DNA of 64,000 nucleotides from Tubiluchus corallicola (GCA_030141605.1 JAQGDQ010000001.1:2976001-3040000); one strand, 5' to 3'; shown: positions 26,005 through 40,474, counted from the stretch's first letter. Translations and numbers: made by a program. Notes: generated by a model from the letters alone, not told the origin.

Positions 26005-26215
26005 ATTCAAAACGACGGATCGAAAATCCGATTTTGTCATTTGATGCGGAATTCGTTTTAATATATTCATGTGAAGTTTCACGACGATCCACTGCAAATT
26101 GCCGGAGTCTCCGGCTTTTTTCAGAAAGGTCATATCCAACAAGAAAAAGGAACATTAAATAACAACAAGAACAACATCCAGATGAGTAGCGACTTGGGTT
26201 GACCCTAGGCAAAAA
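26005..26215 (-). mobile_element. Partial copy of HINE-like repeat family
   Basis: Shares AAAATCCGATT..AAGTTTCACGACGATCC..ACAAGAACAACATCCAGATGAGTA with 31395-31800. Confidence 0.7.
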
Positions 26216-27951
26216 TGCAACCAAATTAGCTAGCAAATTAAGGTAGAAAAAATATCTTAAAAATGTTTTTTTGGAATCAAGCTTTGCTTATTCAGCTAGT
26301 TAACCAGGAAAAGGGAAAGCTTCTACAGGCTGTTAACTCAGTAATACAAACTACCACTTATTAGTTCAATGCATATTGCTGACGCGTGCGCTAATATGCG
26401 ATTTCACACATGATTTCATGCAAATCCCTTATATTTAGTCAGCATCTTTGTAAAGAATCATCGTTAGTGTGCGAACATAGAGTCCTAGCGGCGTTTTTAA
26501 TTGAGACCGACTAAATCAGTCCAAGCAGTCACAAATATACATGGCTTCTATTTGGCAACAATGACAGCCTGAGAAGAACTTAGTGGTTCGTGTTAATTTA
26601 AACACCTAGTCGCTTACGTACACAGACGCAATCCTTGGCACAAGCACATCCCATTATTCCCATGCTGATGTATTTTCTAATAGCCCCATGTTACATCCCT
26701 TCAAATGCTTGCATTCCTTTCACATGGGCTGCTAAATCTTGACATGCAAATCCACCGACTGCACAATAGCTTACATGTTAAGTGCTCTATCGCCAGATCG
26801 AGCCCATCCAATAGCTAAATTTCGAAGTCTATTTCATCCTTGAATGTGCAAGGCAAGTGACAGGAATTATTGTAGAAGCTTTAACACACAAGTGGACAGT
26901 GAATCCTCGAGGGAAATGTACACACTGTTCGTAATGCAGATCCTAATCGAAAGCAATATGCGCCACATGATGGAAGGTCGTTCTCGGCAGTATTATGATT
27001 TTTTATACAATATGACACTCTGCAAACAGGAATACAGCAGGCCCCAGCTATATCTGATGTTATGGTTGTGGCGTGACCAGAATCTACTCTATCAAGGATA
27101 ATCCTTTAAGAGAGAGTGAACCAGTAGAAGTGTCTTGTGACCCTCAATAGGCTGCGCCCACGTTATGGCAGAGGCAATATGCTAGATGAAGTCACTTTGA
27201 AGCGATTTCTTACCAGGTTAACTTATCTGGCGCAGTCAAACACACACTATGACCATTCGGCTACTTCCATCTCCACAACTTTATTATTGTTAATTTGCAC
27301 TATAACGCTGCACTGTGAACTTCTACGATGACAGCTATATCTTGCAAATGAAAGACCTCCAACGTTAAGTTTACTCTTTGCGTGCAGCGCGTCAAATTAA
27401 TGAGCACTTAGACTAGAGTCTTAAAGGAAACGTTTTGGTAAACTGTCTGAATGCCTGTCAAAGTAAAAGAACGTAAAGCAGGAAAGACAAATATTCTTCC
27501 GATACCTAAACAAGAAAATGTATACGAAGCGTCGAGATTTTCAATGTTGGTCTACATTTTATGGTATGATTTGTACTCTTCACAACATAACACACGCTTC
27601 ATTACAGATTTCATTAATTAGCTGTCAAAGTCTAAAACTGTGGCATTAATCACAAAACTATAGCTCCAGACGTGTTCTAGGATAAATTATTTGATGCATC
27701 TAAATCCAAAATAAATTGTACCGCACTAATTTGCGGCATGAACATAAAACAAGCTTATATTTGTATCAGCACCTAGTGGACTCATATTTAAACCCGATAT
27801 GAAATAATTGCTAACAACTATTTCATATATGTGATCAAATATGTCATATAACCAGAATATATGTAATCAACGCGCAAGTTTGCTGGAGATTCGTGCTCAC
27901 ACAAAATGTTTGAATTTCTAATCAGCTCGTGCCAAGTAAACTAACGTATAC

Positions 27952-30900
27952 TGTAACACGAGTGGACAAAAGAAAATCATTTTAATTATTCTAAATTTAA
28001 ATTTATGTTGTATATTTATCCTAATGTCATCATACCTTTTTAGTTTTGGATAGTGCTGCCACCTTCAAGTGCTCTTGTTAAAATTGTTGAAGCTTTCTTT
28101 TTACTGTTTAAATTTTCATTGGCTTCTACAGTCTTTATGAATGCATAATCTCTAAACCTGTTTTCACACCTAAATGATTTCACTTGTAGTTCTGGTCACT
28201 TGTTTTTCTGATTTTTAACATGACACTACTTCACTGCTAATGTAGATTTTTTCAAAATAAAGTCTTGAAACTAAATTTAAAGTTTTTTGGTTTCTTGAAA
28301 CCAAAAGTTTGGTAGCAGAGAGTAGTTTTTGTGACCATGGCTACAACAGGACAAAAAGGTGCAGTTGATACTTCGTCAAAAGATGGTGAAGAAAGCAAAA
28401 ACAGTGAAGCAAGTGGAGGACAGTCCAGTGAAAGGATTGGTGACTGAGTCAAAGCCTTGAAAAAGGAAAAAATGGCTGCAAAACCACAGTTTACAAAGCA
28501 GATCAACCGGTTTGGAGTCATTCTATGGGAACAGGAGGATTTACAGTTAATAAAACAGCATTGGGAGCAGATGGATCTGATACAAGTAAGAACTACTGAC
28601 ATTATTAGAGAGTTGCATGAATATTACTGCACGCTGGATGATATTGATATCATTGAGAAAATGGAACAAGAAATGGAAAAGCTAAACAAGATTTTTGAAA
28701 AAGCATCAAATGATTATCAACAGAAGTTGAAAATGATTAATGGTAATAAAAAACAACCAGTGCAGTTACACTTGTCTGCTGTCAGTCAAGAGCCGGAGGA
28801 ACCATCCATTGGTAGGGATTTGTGGAAGCAATTGAAAAGAGTTAGCATTCCAATGTTTTCCGGAGATGTGAAAGAATATGAGAACTGGAAAGCTGCATTC
28901 AATGCCTGTGTAAATGATGCACCTGCAACAAAGGAATACAAATTGCTTCAGCTTAGGCAATATTTATCGGGTGTGGCACTGCAAGCAATTTCTGATCTGG
29001 GACATTCAGCTATGGTGTACGATTAGAGCGAAAGTTTGGAGGGAAATCGAGACAGATAGCACTACAGTTCCAGGAATTGCGAAGTTTCAAACCAGTGCGA
29101 GCTAACAACCCAGATGATCTTGGTAAATTTGCTGATTTGCTCGACATTGCAATAATTAACATCAAGGAGTTTGGACTAGAAGATGAGTTAAATAGCCAAA
29201 TGTTCTACAGCACGCAACTGGAGAAGTTAACAGAGCAAATGGTGAAGGATTACAAATGTTGGATTTTAGAAAATAAGAAAGAAGATTCTGTCATGGTTCT
29301 CAAAGAGTGGATTGTGCGAGAAGCAAAATGCAGAACACAGGCTTTTGAGATTGTCCACGGAGTTGGAAGTCCAGCACAGAATGAGAAACCGAAATGGAAA
29401 AACAAAACATTTTTTGCAAAGCAGGGAGGCACTAATCAATCAAACAGCCACATGCAATGCGAAAGACACCTGGTCGAAGAAGTGCATTCTGCACAGAAGA
29501 TCACCCATTTTGGTTTTGCCAGAAGTTCAAGGATTTGGACATGGATGGGAGATGGAACGCTGTCACAAAACTCAAGCTGTGCTTACAATGTCTGGGCGAT
29601 GATCATCAAGCTAGCCGATGTTATAGAATGCAAAGTTGTGGAATAAATTCATGCACACAGAATCACAACAGGCTTCTTCATCAAACATATCCTAAATCGA
29701 GTAGCATGCCAAAAGCCATTGTAGAGCAAAGGAAGCAAGAGGGGGAGACAACATCCACAGGTACTCAAGTATAGCTGACTACCATGACGGTAAAGGGTGG
29801 AAACTCATCAATGATCGCCATGAGGACAGTTCCTGTAATCCTGAAAAATGGTACAAGACGTCTCCAGGTTACTGCACTTCTTGATGATGGCAGCACATCA
29901 ACATTCGTGAATTCATCAGTAGCAGCTGAACTTGGTTTACAAGGGACAATCGAAGAAATTTCTGTCAGCGTTTTGAATGGAAATGTGACAACATTCGAGA
30001 CTATGCCAGATCACATGGGATTGGAAAATGTAGAGAGTACCCTGGACATGATGATAACTGCAAAGGCAGTAGACAGTGTTACTGGAAACCTGAAAGCATA
30101 TGACTGGAATCACCATGCTAACCAATGTTTTCACCTTAGAAACATTAATTTTCCAAAACTAAGCCACCCTTTGAAAGTCGATATGCTGATTGGTTTAGAC
30201 TACCCATTGTTACACAAATCACTAGGAGAAGTGGCTGGAAGATCCAATGAAGAGCCAATTGCACGATTGACACCACTTGGCTGGACATGTGTAGGGCAGA
30301 CAAAAGAGAAAATAAGAGCTGCTTACACCCATTTTGCGATGTGTGTCCTAAACAGAGAAGAACTTTAAACAAAGAAATTAACGGAACACTTCGACGTTTC
30401 TGGGAGTATGAAAATTTTGGCCTCGAAGAAAAGGGTCAGCCAATCAGCATTGAAGATGCATTGGTCAAAAAGAAAACTTTGGAAACACTGAAATATGCTG
30501 ATGGACGTTATGAAGAACAAATTCCGTGGAAAGATGGAGGTGTAAAACTACCAGACAATAAAGGGATGGCAATGAAGCGCTTGATCAACACAGAAAAGAA
30601 GTTAATAAAGAACCCGGAAATTGCAAAGCAGTACTGTGACACAATAGTGCAATATTTGGAGAAAGAGTATATACGAAAAGTGGCACCAGGAGAGTTAACA
30701 GCAGTTCCCAAATGGTATCTTGCACATTTTGCAGTGGTGCGTCATGATCGATCAACTACAAAATGCCGAATAGTCTTTGATGGCTCAGCCAAATGTGACT
30801 GAGTTTCCTTGAATGATACCGTGCATCAAGGACCAAAATTGCAGCAGGACCTGAATAGCGTTCTACTTCGATTTCGGAAGGAACCGATTGCCCTGGTCTG

Positions 30901-31210
30901 TGACATTGCTGAAATGTACCTTCGCATAGGAATAGCTGAAGAAGACAGACCTTTTCATCGTTTCCTCTGGAGAAATCTTGACACCACCAGGCAACCAGAT
31001 GAATATGAGTTTTGTCGCGTAGTTTTTGGAGAAAATGCATCACCGTTTTTAGCTCAACTTGTCACACAGGAACATGCAAGAAAGAATCAAGAGAAATTTC
31101 CAATGGCTGCAGAGACTGTGCTGCATTCACTACTTCACTGTTAATGTAGATTTTTTCAGAATAAAATCTTGAAACTAAATTTCAAGTTTTTTGGTTTCTT
31201 CAAACTAACG
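27952..31210 (+). mobile_element. BEL/Pao LTR retrotransposon, decayed and internally deleted
   Basis: The 5' LTR starts TGTAAC (27952) and runs to ~28306; PBS TGGTAGCAGAG at 28310-28320. Gag (IPMFSGDVKEYENWKAAF; knuckles C..DHPFWFC, CLQCLGDDHQASRC, CGINSCTQNHNRLLH), protease ALLDDGSTSTF and RT ([28 protein letters not shown]) are broken by stops and frameshifts. The last ~80 bp (31128-31210) repeats the LTR end 28224-28306. Confidence 0.93.
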
Positions 31211-31220
31211 AGTTTGTACG

Positions 31221-31824
31221 AAATAAGTTCGACTCAAACTACTGGTCGAGGAACTGACTAAAGATTGTGGATCAAAAATCTGGTTCCGCCAATAGATGCG
31301 AAATTTGGTTATAGTTCGCAGGTTTAGGTTTGCGTTTATATTTTAGGTTTTTTCAGAAAACGAGGTCAGCGTCTCGAATTCATGACGGCAAATCAAAAAT
31401 CCGATTCTGTCAATCCATGCAGATTCATTCCAGTATGTTCCCATAAAGTTTCACGACGATCCTTTGGTGGAGCGGCTAGAGCAGTAAGCTTTCTTGAATA
31501 TGATATTATCGGATGCCATCGTGAATTTTAAATGGCGGACAGAAAATCGGATTCGGTCTATCGATACAGAATTTGTTTCAGTTACTCCCGTAAAGTTTTG
31601 TAATGACCCATTTCGAATTTACAGAGCCTTTAGTTTTTTCGAAAATTGGTAAATCAAAAATCCCTCTCCATTAGCTGACACAGAATCGTTCTAGTATATT
31701 CATATAAAAATTCATGACGATCCATTGCAAATTCACAGAACTTAAAGCTTTTTTTTCGAAAAAGCCATCCCGCAACAAGAACGACATCCAAATGAGTACC
31801 GATCAGTCGAGCCCTTGACTAAAA
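31221..31824 (-). mobile_element. Helentron/HINE (DINE-1-like) non-autonomous element with internal tandem repeats
   Basis: Four diverged ~115-150-bp units start at 31274, 31395, 31542 and 31656, with short hairpins at both ends and A-rich flanks. Partial copies lie at 26.0-26.2 kb and 40.4 kb. The superfamily call is inferred from architecture. Confidence 0.65.
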
Positions 31825-34800
31825 TAGGCGCATACGCTCCTATTCTCGTAAGTTTGGAGACCGAATTAAGACACTTTGATACGAACTAGCTCATATTTAC
31901 GTGACTTTCTATGAGGATCTACAAAAGAACATTTGAGTAAATCCTACTTTAACACTTGAACGTGTTGACTGTTGATAGTTGAAAGAAGTAGATAAAACGG
32001 ACAAGGTAAAATTCGTAAAACAACGTCCTATTCACGTGAAGTTCCCATGCGCAATCTATCCAGACATTAAATTTTGTCCTGCTAATCTCTGTTTACCTGT
32101 TGAATGGCGTCCACCCATGACGAAACGTACACGTTTTAGCTTTTTGCGATTTAAGTAGTTTAAATAACCTGTGCAGTTTTGTCTGATTTACCTCTAAATG
32201 CCATTGGAATTCACAATAAAAGGCACTTAGAAATAATCGGTATGTATAAATAATAATAATAATGCACACAGAAACAATTATATAACTTCATACGTGTATG
32301 GTTACATATTTGTTGGCGAAAATCGTAAATGAATACCAGTGTTTGGAATGTTAAGTGCTCGCGGGCAGCTGTTACCAACAATAATTTGTAAGCGTAGCGG
32401 CACTAATTGTATATCACACCATAGAAAGAAAGGAACAGATTCTCAGTAGATAATGTAAGTGTAAGCATATAAAACAAATCTACTACGGACCATGCGTAAG
32501 TGCTTCTCTAACATAGCGTTACTCCCACCATCCCTTTGATTATACTGAGGCATAACCTGCCAAATGCTTGTGCTTTTTGGCTCAGTATTTCTAAGCGACT
32601 TGAGTTCATGATTGTTTACTACTTCGGTAGCACTTGCATTCCGATAGCAGAGTAGAAGTACAGTAAATACTAAAATTCCTCTTCTGAGGAAGTTTAAATT
32701 ACTGTACTTATATTAAAAACTGTAAATCATCATGCAGTTCTGTATACTTTACGCCGCTATGTTACGTGTAAGCTGAAGCCAGTCTAGTACAGGCAAAGGT
32801 TGCTGCCGTAAAGCCGCAGTAGAAGACATCGCGGAATGTAAATTGCACGAGGGATTGTGTGTGTATAACATTAATCACAGCAAGCATTGTACGGTATAAG
32901 CCGCAAAGATTAATCCTTTCCTTTCTGTTCAGGCTTACAATAAATACCTCCTGTAATTTTGCTTTAATAACAAGCCGCCGAAAGCGTGCAATGATGTATA
33001 TAAATGTTACGATTTTAGTTAAGGTTAATTAAATTAGCTAATTAACTTTTAGCTACAGCAACAGCAACAGGAGAAATCATCAGCAATAGTAATAAATCTT
33101 TTGTTGCGTATAAAATACCAAGGTAATAACAATAAAAATTATTAGAAATATCAATTAGAAAATTATTAGAAGTATCGAAGAAATACTCACGGTTAATGCT
33201 AATTAACGTGATAGATGCGTCACAAAAATACAGGCTGCGCTTAAGTTTGTAAAACTACTACAAACGAATTTAAAAAGGCAAACACTGGTGTTAATGGAGG
33301 CACGTACGCTTTCGTCATTTCCTACTTTAGATGCATGCGTGCACACAATAATATTCGCAGAAATTTAAGTGTTCCGAAAAAAAATTTACATTTCTGAAAT
33401 TCCTAAATCGATCAATTATCGGTGCCCATTTAAATTAAATTACTAATCTTGTTAAGTAATATCTTTAAAATGAATCTAATAATTATAATGAAGCTGAAAC
33501 TTTTCGACGCCAAATCACGAAAATGAATACAGGTTCACTTATAGCAAGTCAATATTACAGTATTTGAAACAAATTCACGCAGTGCGGGAACATTTTTCTG
33601 CTTTTCGTGCCAATAATCGTAATCACAGTTATTTGCCGTCTATCCCCAGAAGTGACCGGTGTATTATTTCTCGTGTCGCGTAAGTTTAAAATACTTCTCT
33701 AATGGCTTCCTGGGAGCCCGTTAACACAGTCGGCGTCACGTATTAGCGCGTGATCAAACCTCTATAATTTCATTTACAAAACTGTGCATTTTACGCTAAC
33801 GAGACGCATTGTTTGACTTGGCGACCCAACAAAAGCAAATCATTTGTTATTGTAAGAGTATTGATTATGGACCCACTCGACTTCTGACCTAAATAGTTGA
33901 TCAATAAACATGATAAACTGGCTTAAGGAATAGAAGCACACGTTACGCAGACGTGAAAATTGAGGACTTAACAAATTATCGGAACGCAGCAGCAATGCAG
34001 GGTTAAACGACGTTCAAAACTGTCTACAGCTGAATTTTTATTCGTCACTAGTATTCTGATTATATTTATAAATCCACCAATATTATCATTCTGATGGGCA
34101 AAACGATGCGAAATTCACAGTATCGTTGCGAACAGTATATGACAATATATTATTACTCGCAAATTTGCAAATTAAAAAAGCTTCACTGCAAAGTGTCAAT
34201 GGCGAAATAAATGATTATGTCATAATCATGTGTCGTGTGTTCCACAAAACTATCGAGAATGAGTATACCTCGTTTAGTGATCAAGTGGGAAGTGGTATTT
34301 GAAATGGCAATTCTCTCATTTTATTATTATGGTACGGGCAAGAGTAAAACAAAGTCTATGTTTTTTGTGCCTTATTCAAACAGAACTTTTTATAAAACTT
34401 GTGGCAAATGCTGCTACTAGATAATATCTTTAAAAATTCTCTGTAGAATGGCAGTGAAGTTTGACATTTAACATTTCTTCACTTTAACTTCGTGTGAGAA
34501 CTATTTTTGAGGACTGAATAGGACACACATATTAAAGCATCATCGTTAGACCATCAGTCCATCAGTTCACAAAAGACTAAAACTGAACAAGAGTTGCCAC
34601 CAGTGATTTTTTGGTAATCGTGGGATTTACCACAAGGTAATTTTACATCAGCACAATTTTCAACAAATTAATCCTTGCAAGTCTCAGAACGAAATGTCCG
34701 TTTGTATTAGTCCCGCTACTCCCTCTCTCTATCTCCCCCCGTCTCTTTCTCTCTTTCTTCTGTCTCTCTTTCACTCCCTATGCACCTTTCATGCGCTCTT

Positions 34801-37800
34801 TCTCTCATTCGATCTTCCCTCTCTTTATCACACTACGCATATATGATGTTCTCATAATACTAGTCAACATGTCTTCAAGACCAAGTGTTCTACTAATAAA
34901 GTAAGGCAACCATTGCAGGTTGTCACCAACTTAAATTTGCCATTATTAATTAAATAAACACTCTTATCAGAATACCATCTAAAATGCACGTAGGCTGGAT
35001 TGATTGACAAGTCAAACAGTAGCTCCATTTACGTTATCATCAGTGATATGTAAATACCGGGTCATTTCTCACAAGTAACTAGAAGACTGAAACTCTTGCT
35101 AGAACGTGCATACAAAATAAGTCAATTTAATAGTCCAACTACACAGCTTACTTTGCAAATTATGTGTTGTGAAGTTTATTTGAAATGTGACTATGGTGTT
35201 ACAGGAGCTCATTTAAATTAAATAATGGTGTCAGAAACGAGTATAGCGTGATCGACAAATTTAATAAACAGTTAATAAATTTTTGAATGCAAGAAAATTT
35301 AGAATTCAAGATAATGACTCAATTTTACAAAAAAGTGCGTAATAAGTAACGAACTATTTACCCATAGCGACTGTAGTCGGGAGCCGGAACCCACTGATTT
35401 TCTAGTTAAAAAAATCAAAGGTCAACCTTACAAAGCCAAGAATGTCAAAAAAATCAAGAGGTAAAGCTGTAATTTAATAGTCACCAAAATTTGGACAGGG
35501 GTAAGACAAAAACCCATTGTTTTTGTCCAAAACGTGAAAGACCAGGCTCAAAATATAAGGTCAATTCAAAATAACAAATGTTTGCCCACAGTGAGGACAT
35601 GGGCTTGCACCTTTATCGAGCATGCCCTATAGTCACTTAGGAATACTTAGATCTACACAAAGAGTGTCCTTCGTGTCTTGCTTGCATGCTGTGATATTGA
35701 ACTGTCCTGTTAATGCTGTTGTGTTATATGTCCCGCTGTTGTATTAAAATGGTAATTTGTCGCCTTACCAAATTTAGTCATCGATCGACAGTGTGTAACG
35801 TTCAAAATAATCGGTTCAAATTACAAGAACGTAATTTGGGATGATAAAAGCTATTCACAAAATGTCCCATAAAGAACATTTCTCTTACAGATACTTTCAA
35901 GAAAAAGCAGTGAAGTTTGGAAATGTAAAAGGCATAGCTTACTGATTCAGCTGAGATGCACTTATCTTTCATGACAATTCACACGCGCAGTATTCTAGAC
36001 TTTAGCCACGCAAATAGCCATACCTTCCATGCAGCTAAGCTTACGAAATCTGTCAACTTCTATAAATCACAGAACACTGTGATTTACAACCTTATTTTTT
36101 TACATCATTTCAAATTAGATTATTAAAATATTACGTTACCTGTCTAATTTCCCAATTACAAACGATATTGTTTACTATGCTTACGTGCACGATTATTTCC
36201 TTATGAATAAAGTGTCATTTGGAAGTTATAACCAAGTCTGATCAAAGTTCCCAGTACTGTTCCAAACGTCTGCAAATAGATTATACAGTCAGACAGTTTA
36301 TTGACATCAGTCAGCATACAGGTATGTGTCATTTAAAAAAGCGCGTACATAGTTCATTCAGCCAATTCATAAACACTTATAAAACTAGTGTTAATAACAC
36401 ATGACTTCAAAAAAATGTATTCAGTATAGTAAGCCTCTGTAGGATGCCCTTCTAAGGCAGCAGAAAAGATGCGCACCAGTTATTTTTGCATTATTTTAAA
36501 TGAAGACACCGCTTCTTGATTTCAAAAAAACAAGTACAGCATTTTTGAAGTACGTCTGCCTATTTTGAAAGAACTGGCATAATTATTTGGTAAGTTTATT
36601 GCGCAATATATTGCAAATACTTAGTCGAAACAATTTAGAATTTTTCTAAGTTTGAACGCACAGGGTTTTTTATTTGGGAAGAAAAGCTATACCAAAGTGA
36701 TAAACGCATGTTTTATTTTAACTATTTTGAAGCAATGAGCTGCCATTTCGAAGTTACAAACCCTTTGTGAATATTTTAAGGCAATGGGAATAACCGACTA
36801 AGTCACTCCACCTTGCGACCAAAATTAAGCAACTTCAGCTTCGTTAATAAATGGAGGGTGATTACCAGCAAAATCAATTTCATTAAGTGCGTGGTATCGT
36901 CGTAAAGTTCTTAGTAAGTCACTGCTGAGAACAACCCCGTTGTTTTGCAATAAAACACACTCGACATTTCTAATGACAGATGACTGCTATCAAATGCATA
37001 TTTTTGTCTGACATATAACTTACTCGAAACACTAATAAGGAAAATTATAAAAACATATTTTATACCTTATCCAAAGAAACAAGGACCTTGGATGGTAACT
37101 ATCTATAAACGGTCCTCTCTCATAATGAAGAGATTATGAAATTATAAAATTATGAATTATAATTATAATATTTATAAATATTTAATATTAATATAATAAT
37201 TATAATTATAGTATTTATAAAATTATTTAAAAAACTACACACTATTACCCACAATAGCGTACCTTCTGCTGGTTAACTCTTTAACGTAGAATTATTACTA
37301 ATTTACAACGCTATTTAACCCGCATAGATTTCATATGAATTTAGTAATAACATTAAGTCATAAAAGCCACCAAATAATCACCACTAATTAGCAATTTTGT
37401 GTCGGTTAGCAAAATGCACGCAATATCCCAACGATATCCAACTGCTGCTTCGACGCTTACAGTAAAAGCTTAGTGAATAGTGAGAGTCGGCCCTATAAAT
37501 CGTTTGCCTGCGCAGCGAGAGCTGGGTGAAATGCCATGCGTCGAGAACTCGAGAAATTAGACTATAGAAAATTATTTCAAATATAGAAAAAAATGTGCAA
37601 GGTACAGCGGTTAGTCCACCGTAATTGAACTTTCATGCCATAATTATCATAAGCATAATTTACAACTTTAATTTCAAGTCATAATTTGTTCATTCTGATT
37701 TGTCATTGTTTATGAACAATAGCAAGCTTCTTTTGTTTTCTTCATCTTCTTTTTTATGCGTCCCTAGCTGCTTTCCTGTGCCAACTGCAAGACATTAACT

Positions 37801-40374
37801 ATTTAAGTGGTAGTACTTTATGGATATGATGACTGTGTGTCTGACTGGCCGCACGGTGTAGTGGATGATCATTTATTATGTTGTACTGCACCGTACATTC
37901 ATTGCTTTATAAACGTTTTTCGTAAGCCATATATATCCCGTTCCCGATTATGCTAAAACTAACCTTTTTCTGATTTGTTGTACGCTCAGTGTACTCTCAG
38001 TGACCTCTCGGTGAAATTACTTGATTATTGATTGTTGGAGTTTTAAATGATGTATCGAGGATACATCGTCCACCCTTAAACAGTTTCTTATTTGTTATGT
38101 AAACGCGGCTGTAAACTGAGCCAGATGAAAACAACCGAACACACTGGCTGCTTTGCCATAACAACTAGAAGCAAAGGAGGTAGCTGGCGGTATTTTAAGT
38201 TCAATTTTTGATTGTGGGAGAAGAAATGAGAATTTCATTCATGGGTACAATAAAGAATATCTGGTATTGGCAGCGTGATGTGCAAATAAGCACGCAAATG
38301 ATCCATGTTAATAAAAATGTTATTCGCGGTAAAAGTGACTAAATGGAATACTTTTTAGACGTGCTAAAACGTTCATTGCCCGCAGATGGCAGCACAAGGC
38401 AACAATTAGTCAATTACACATTTTAGTCGTTACTGACTGCGCTGCCTTCTTTTAACACATAATTCAATAATCCATAAAATTTCAGTGTATTTTCAAATGT
38501 ATTTTTTCAGTTGCTTTGAAATTTAAAAAGCTCATATGTGAACCTAAGCTTGTACATCGGTAAAGTAGAAAGAGAACTATTTTTGCCTAAAATATGCAAC
38601 TCTACAGTGGAATTAGACTTCAACGATTTTTTACCATAGCCCGCGGTAGGATTCAAGAGGTGATGAAAATTATGTAAAATTTCTTTGAAAGAGTATTGTG
38701 GAGAATGGAATTCCTTAACAGACGAAGTAGCAAACATTAACAATTTTGAAATCTTTTGCTGTAATTTCAGGTATTTATAATTTTTATCGATAATGTCTTA
38801 TATATTACAAACAGATGTTACAGTTCTTTGCAACTGCCCTGCGTCTAGTCGAATTTTTCCTTTCGTTCGAGATAATAAGTTTTAGTGTATATTGTCCATT
38901 AGATGCAGATGGACCCTTACCCAAATAAATTTTTTTAGTAATTTGAAGGTTTTATAAGTAACAGTAACAACAACAGTTTATAAGTAAGACTCTTGTAGAA
39001 TTCTGAAAGAGATTAAAACTTCTCTAACTCATTAAACCTGTTAAATAAACTTTAACAAAAACTTACTCGTGGAATTGGTTTAGCAATGTAGTACAGACTG
39101 TAGCAGCTGATAGATGGCAGCACAGCGCAATTGTTTCTAGCGTATGTAACAACAATTACGTTTAATTGCGTTAGTAAAAGGGTCCTGATTCACTGTTTTT
39201 AATGACAATGGTTGGGCCGTATAGCTGCAGCAACAACCACCACCACAACAACGTCTTTAGTAATTGATAGGCTTTGACAACAAGAAAGCCACGATAACAG
39301 CGGCAGAGATACCTACATGTTCCCATCATAGATGGGTAAGTAACTTACAAAGCGAATAAAAACATTGAGAAAAGAAAAGTGTCACTACATGATGCAGTAC
39401 TCTGGCTTTATAAATCCACTATCCGATCTCGCATGGGGCACAGGTACATGAGCAATTTCTTGCTAGTCGAAGATTTGTTACTACATTAAGCCTTTCTTTA
39501 TCCTTCAATGGAAAAATCTTTCTAAACGCGATTTCTTAGGTCCAGGTCTATCTGTTCTGTGCTGCTTCTCATGTTTTTACCTCATTCGCTTAAAAAAAAT
39601 TTAACAGATATTTCGTAAAATATTAGTTAGACTTGAGAATTTTGTTTTTCTGGATTCACATTTCTCCTTACCTGAGTTGCCACTGGTGCGATTCATGTAA
39701 AAAATAATTAATATTGGCGACAACAACAGCAGTCCGGTACCTATTTTTTGCCACTAAGTAGTTTTTGATAGTGCTGGAAAAAATTTGTTTGAAAGGTTGT
39801 TCGGCTATTAGGTTAAGCAGTTACTAACTTATCAGGCGGTCACAAAAAAAACAAAGACTTAGGCCTATAGCTACGAAGCTTTGTGTCGCAAAATTCGCAA
39901 TAATTATATATAACCTAACGCTTAAGAGGCTTACAATTGTAAAATTCATTGAGTAACAAACTGACTGAAGCCACAAGCCTTTTATAACAGTGTACAAATG
40001 ATGAAAATATTCCCTTGCTAATTGGGAAGGCATCCCTTTGTCACGTTCGCTAATCAGTTTAATTGCTTTGTAATCATGAACAGCTTATTATGTTTCAGAG
40101 ACAACAAACACTCTTTACGGTGAAGAATAAATGAAATCATAAGAGACACGTGACGCCGTCCAATCAACTCGTCTGTCCACTGTCTTCGAATAATAAAACT
40201 GGTGCATGCCGTAAGGAATATGGCAAAAGCTACAACCAATTAATTCTAGTTCAGTGACTCAGTAGTAATAATACAACGATGATGATGATGATAGCTTGCA
40301 ACAAGACTGGTTCAGCAATAATAGTTCATTCGTCATGTTCACGGAGAATAAAAGACGTACCTCCAGCTAAGCTA

Positions 40375-40474
40375 ATTTTTTAGAAAATTAAGAAAGTCCC
40401 GAAACACACGGATTTCAGAATGAGAACAAGAACAACCAGATGAGTAATGATTTGGGTTGAGTCTCGACCAAAAG
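40375..40474 (-). mobile_element. Terminal fragment of HINE-like repeat family
   Basis: AACAAGAACAACCAGATGAGTAATGATTTGGGTTGAGTCTCGACCAAAA matches 26165-26215 and 31775-31824. Confidence 0.6.

Noticed and set aside
26600-27330. Slightly GC-richer segment with short ORFs
   Set aside because: No motif recognised on either strand in the frames examined; probably old TE debris.
31221-31824. Repeat-spacer pattern as a CRISPR-like array
   Set aside because: Units are long, diverged along their whole length and dispersed elsewhere; the context is eukaryotic with no cas genes.
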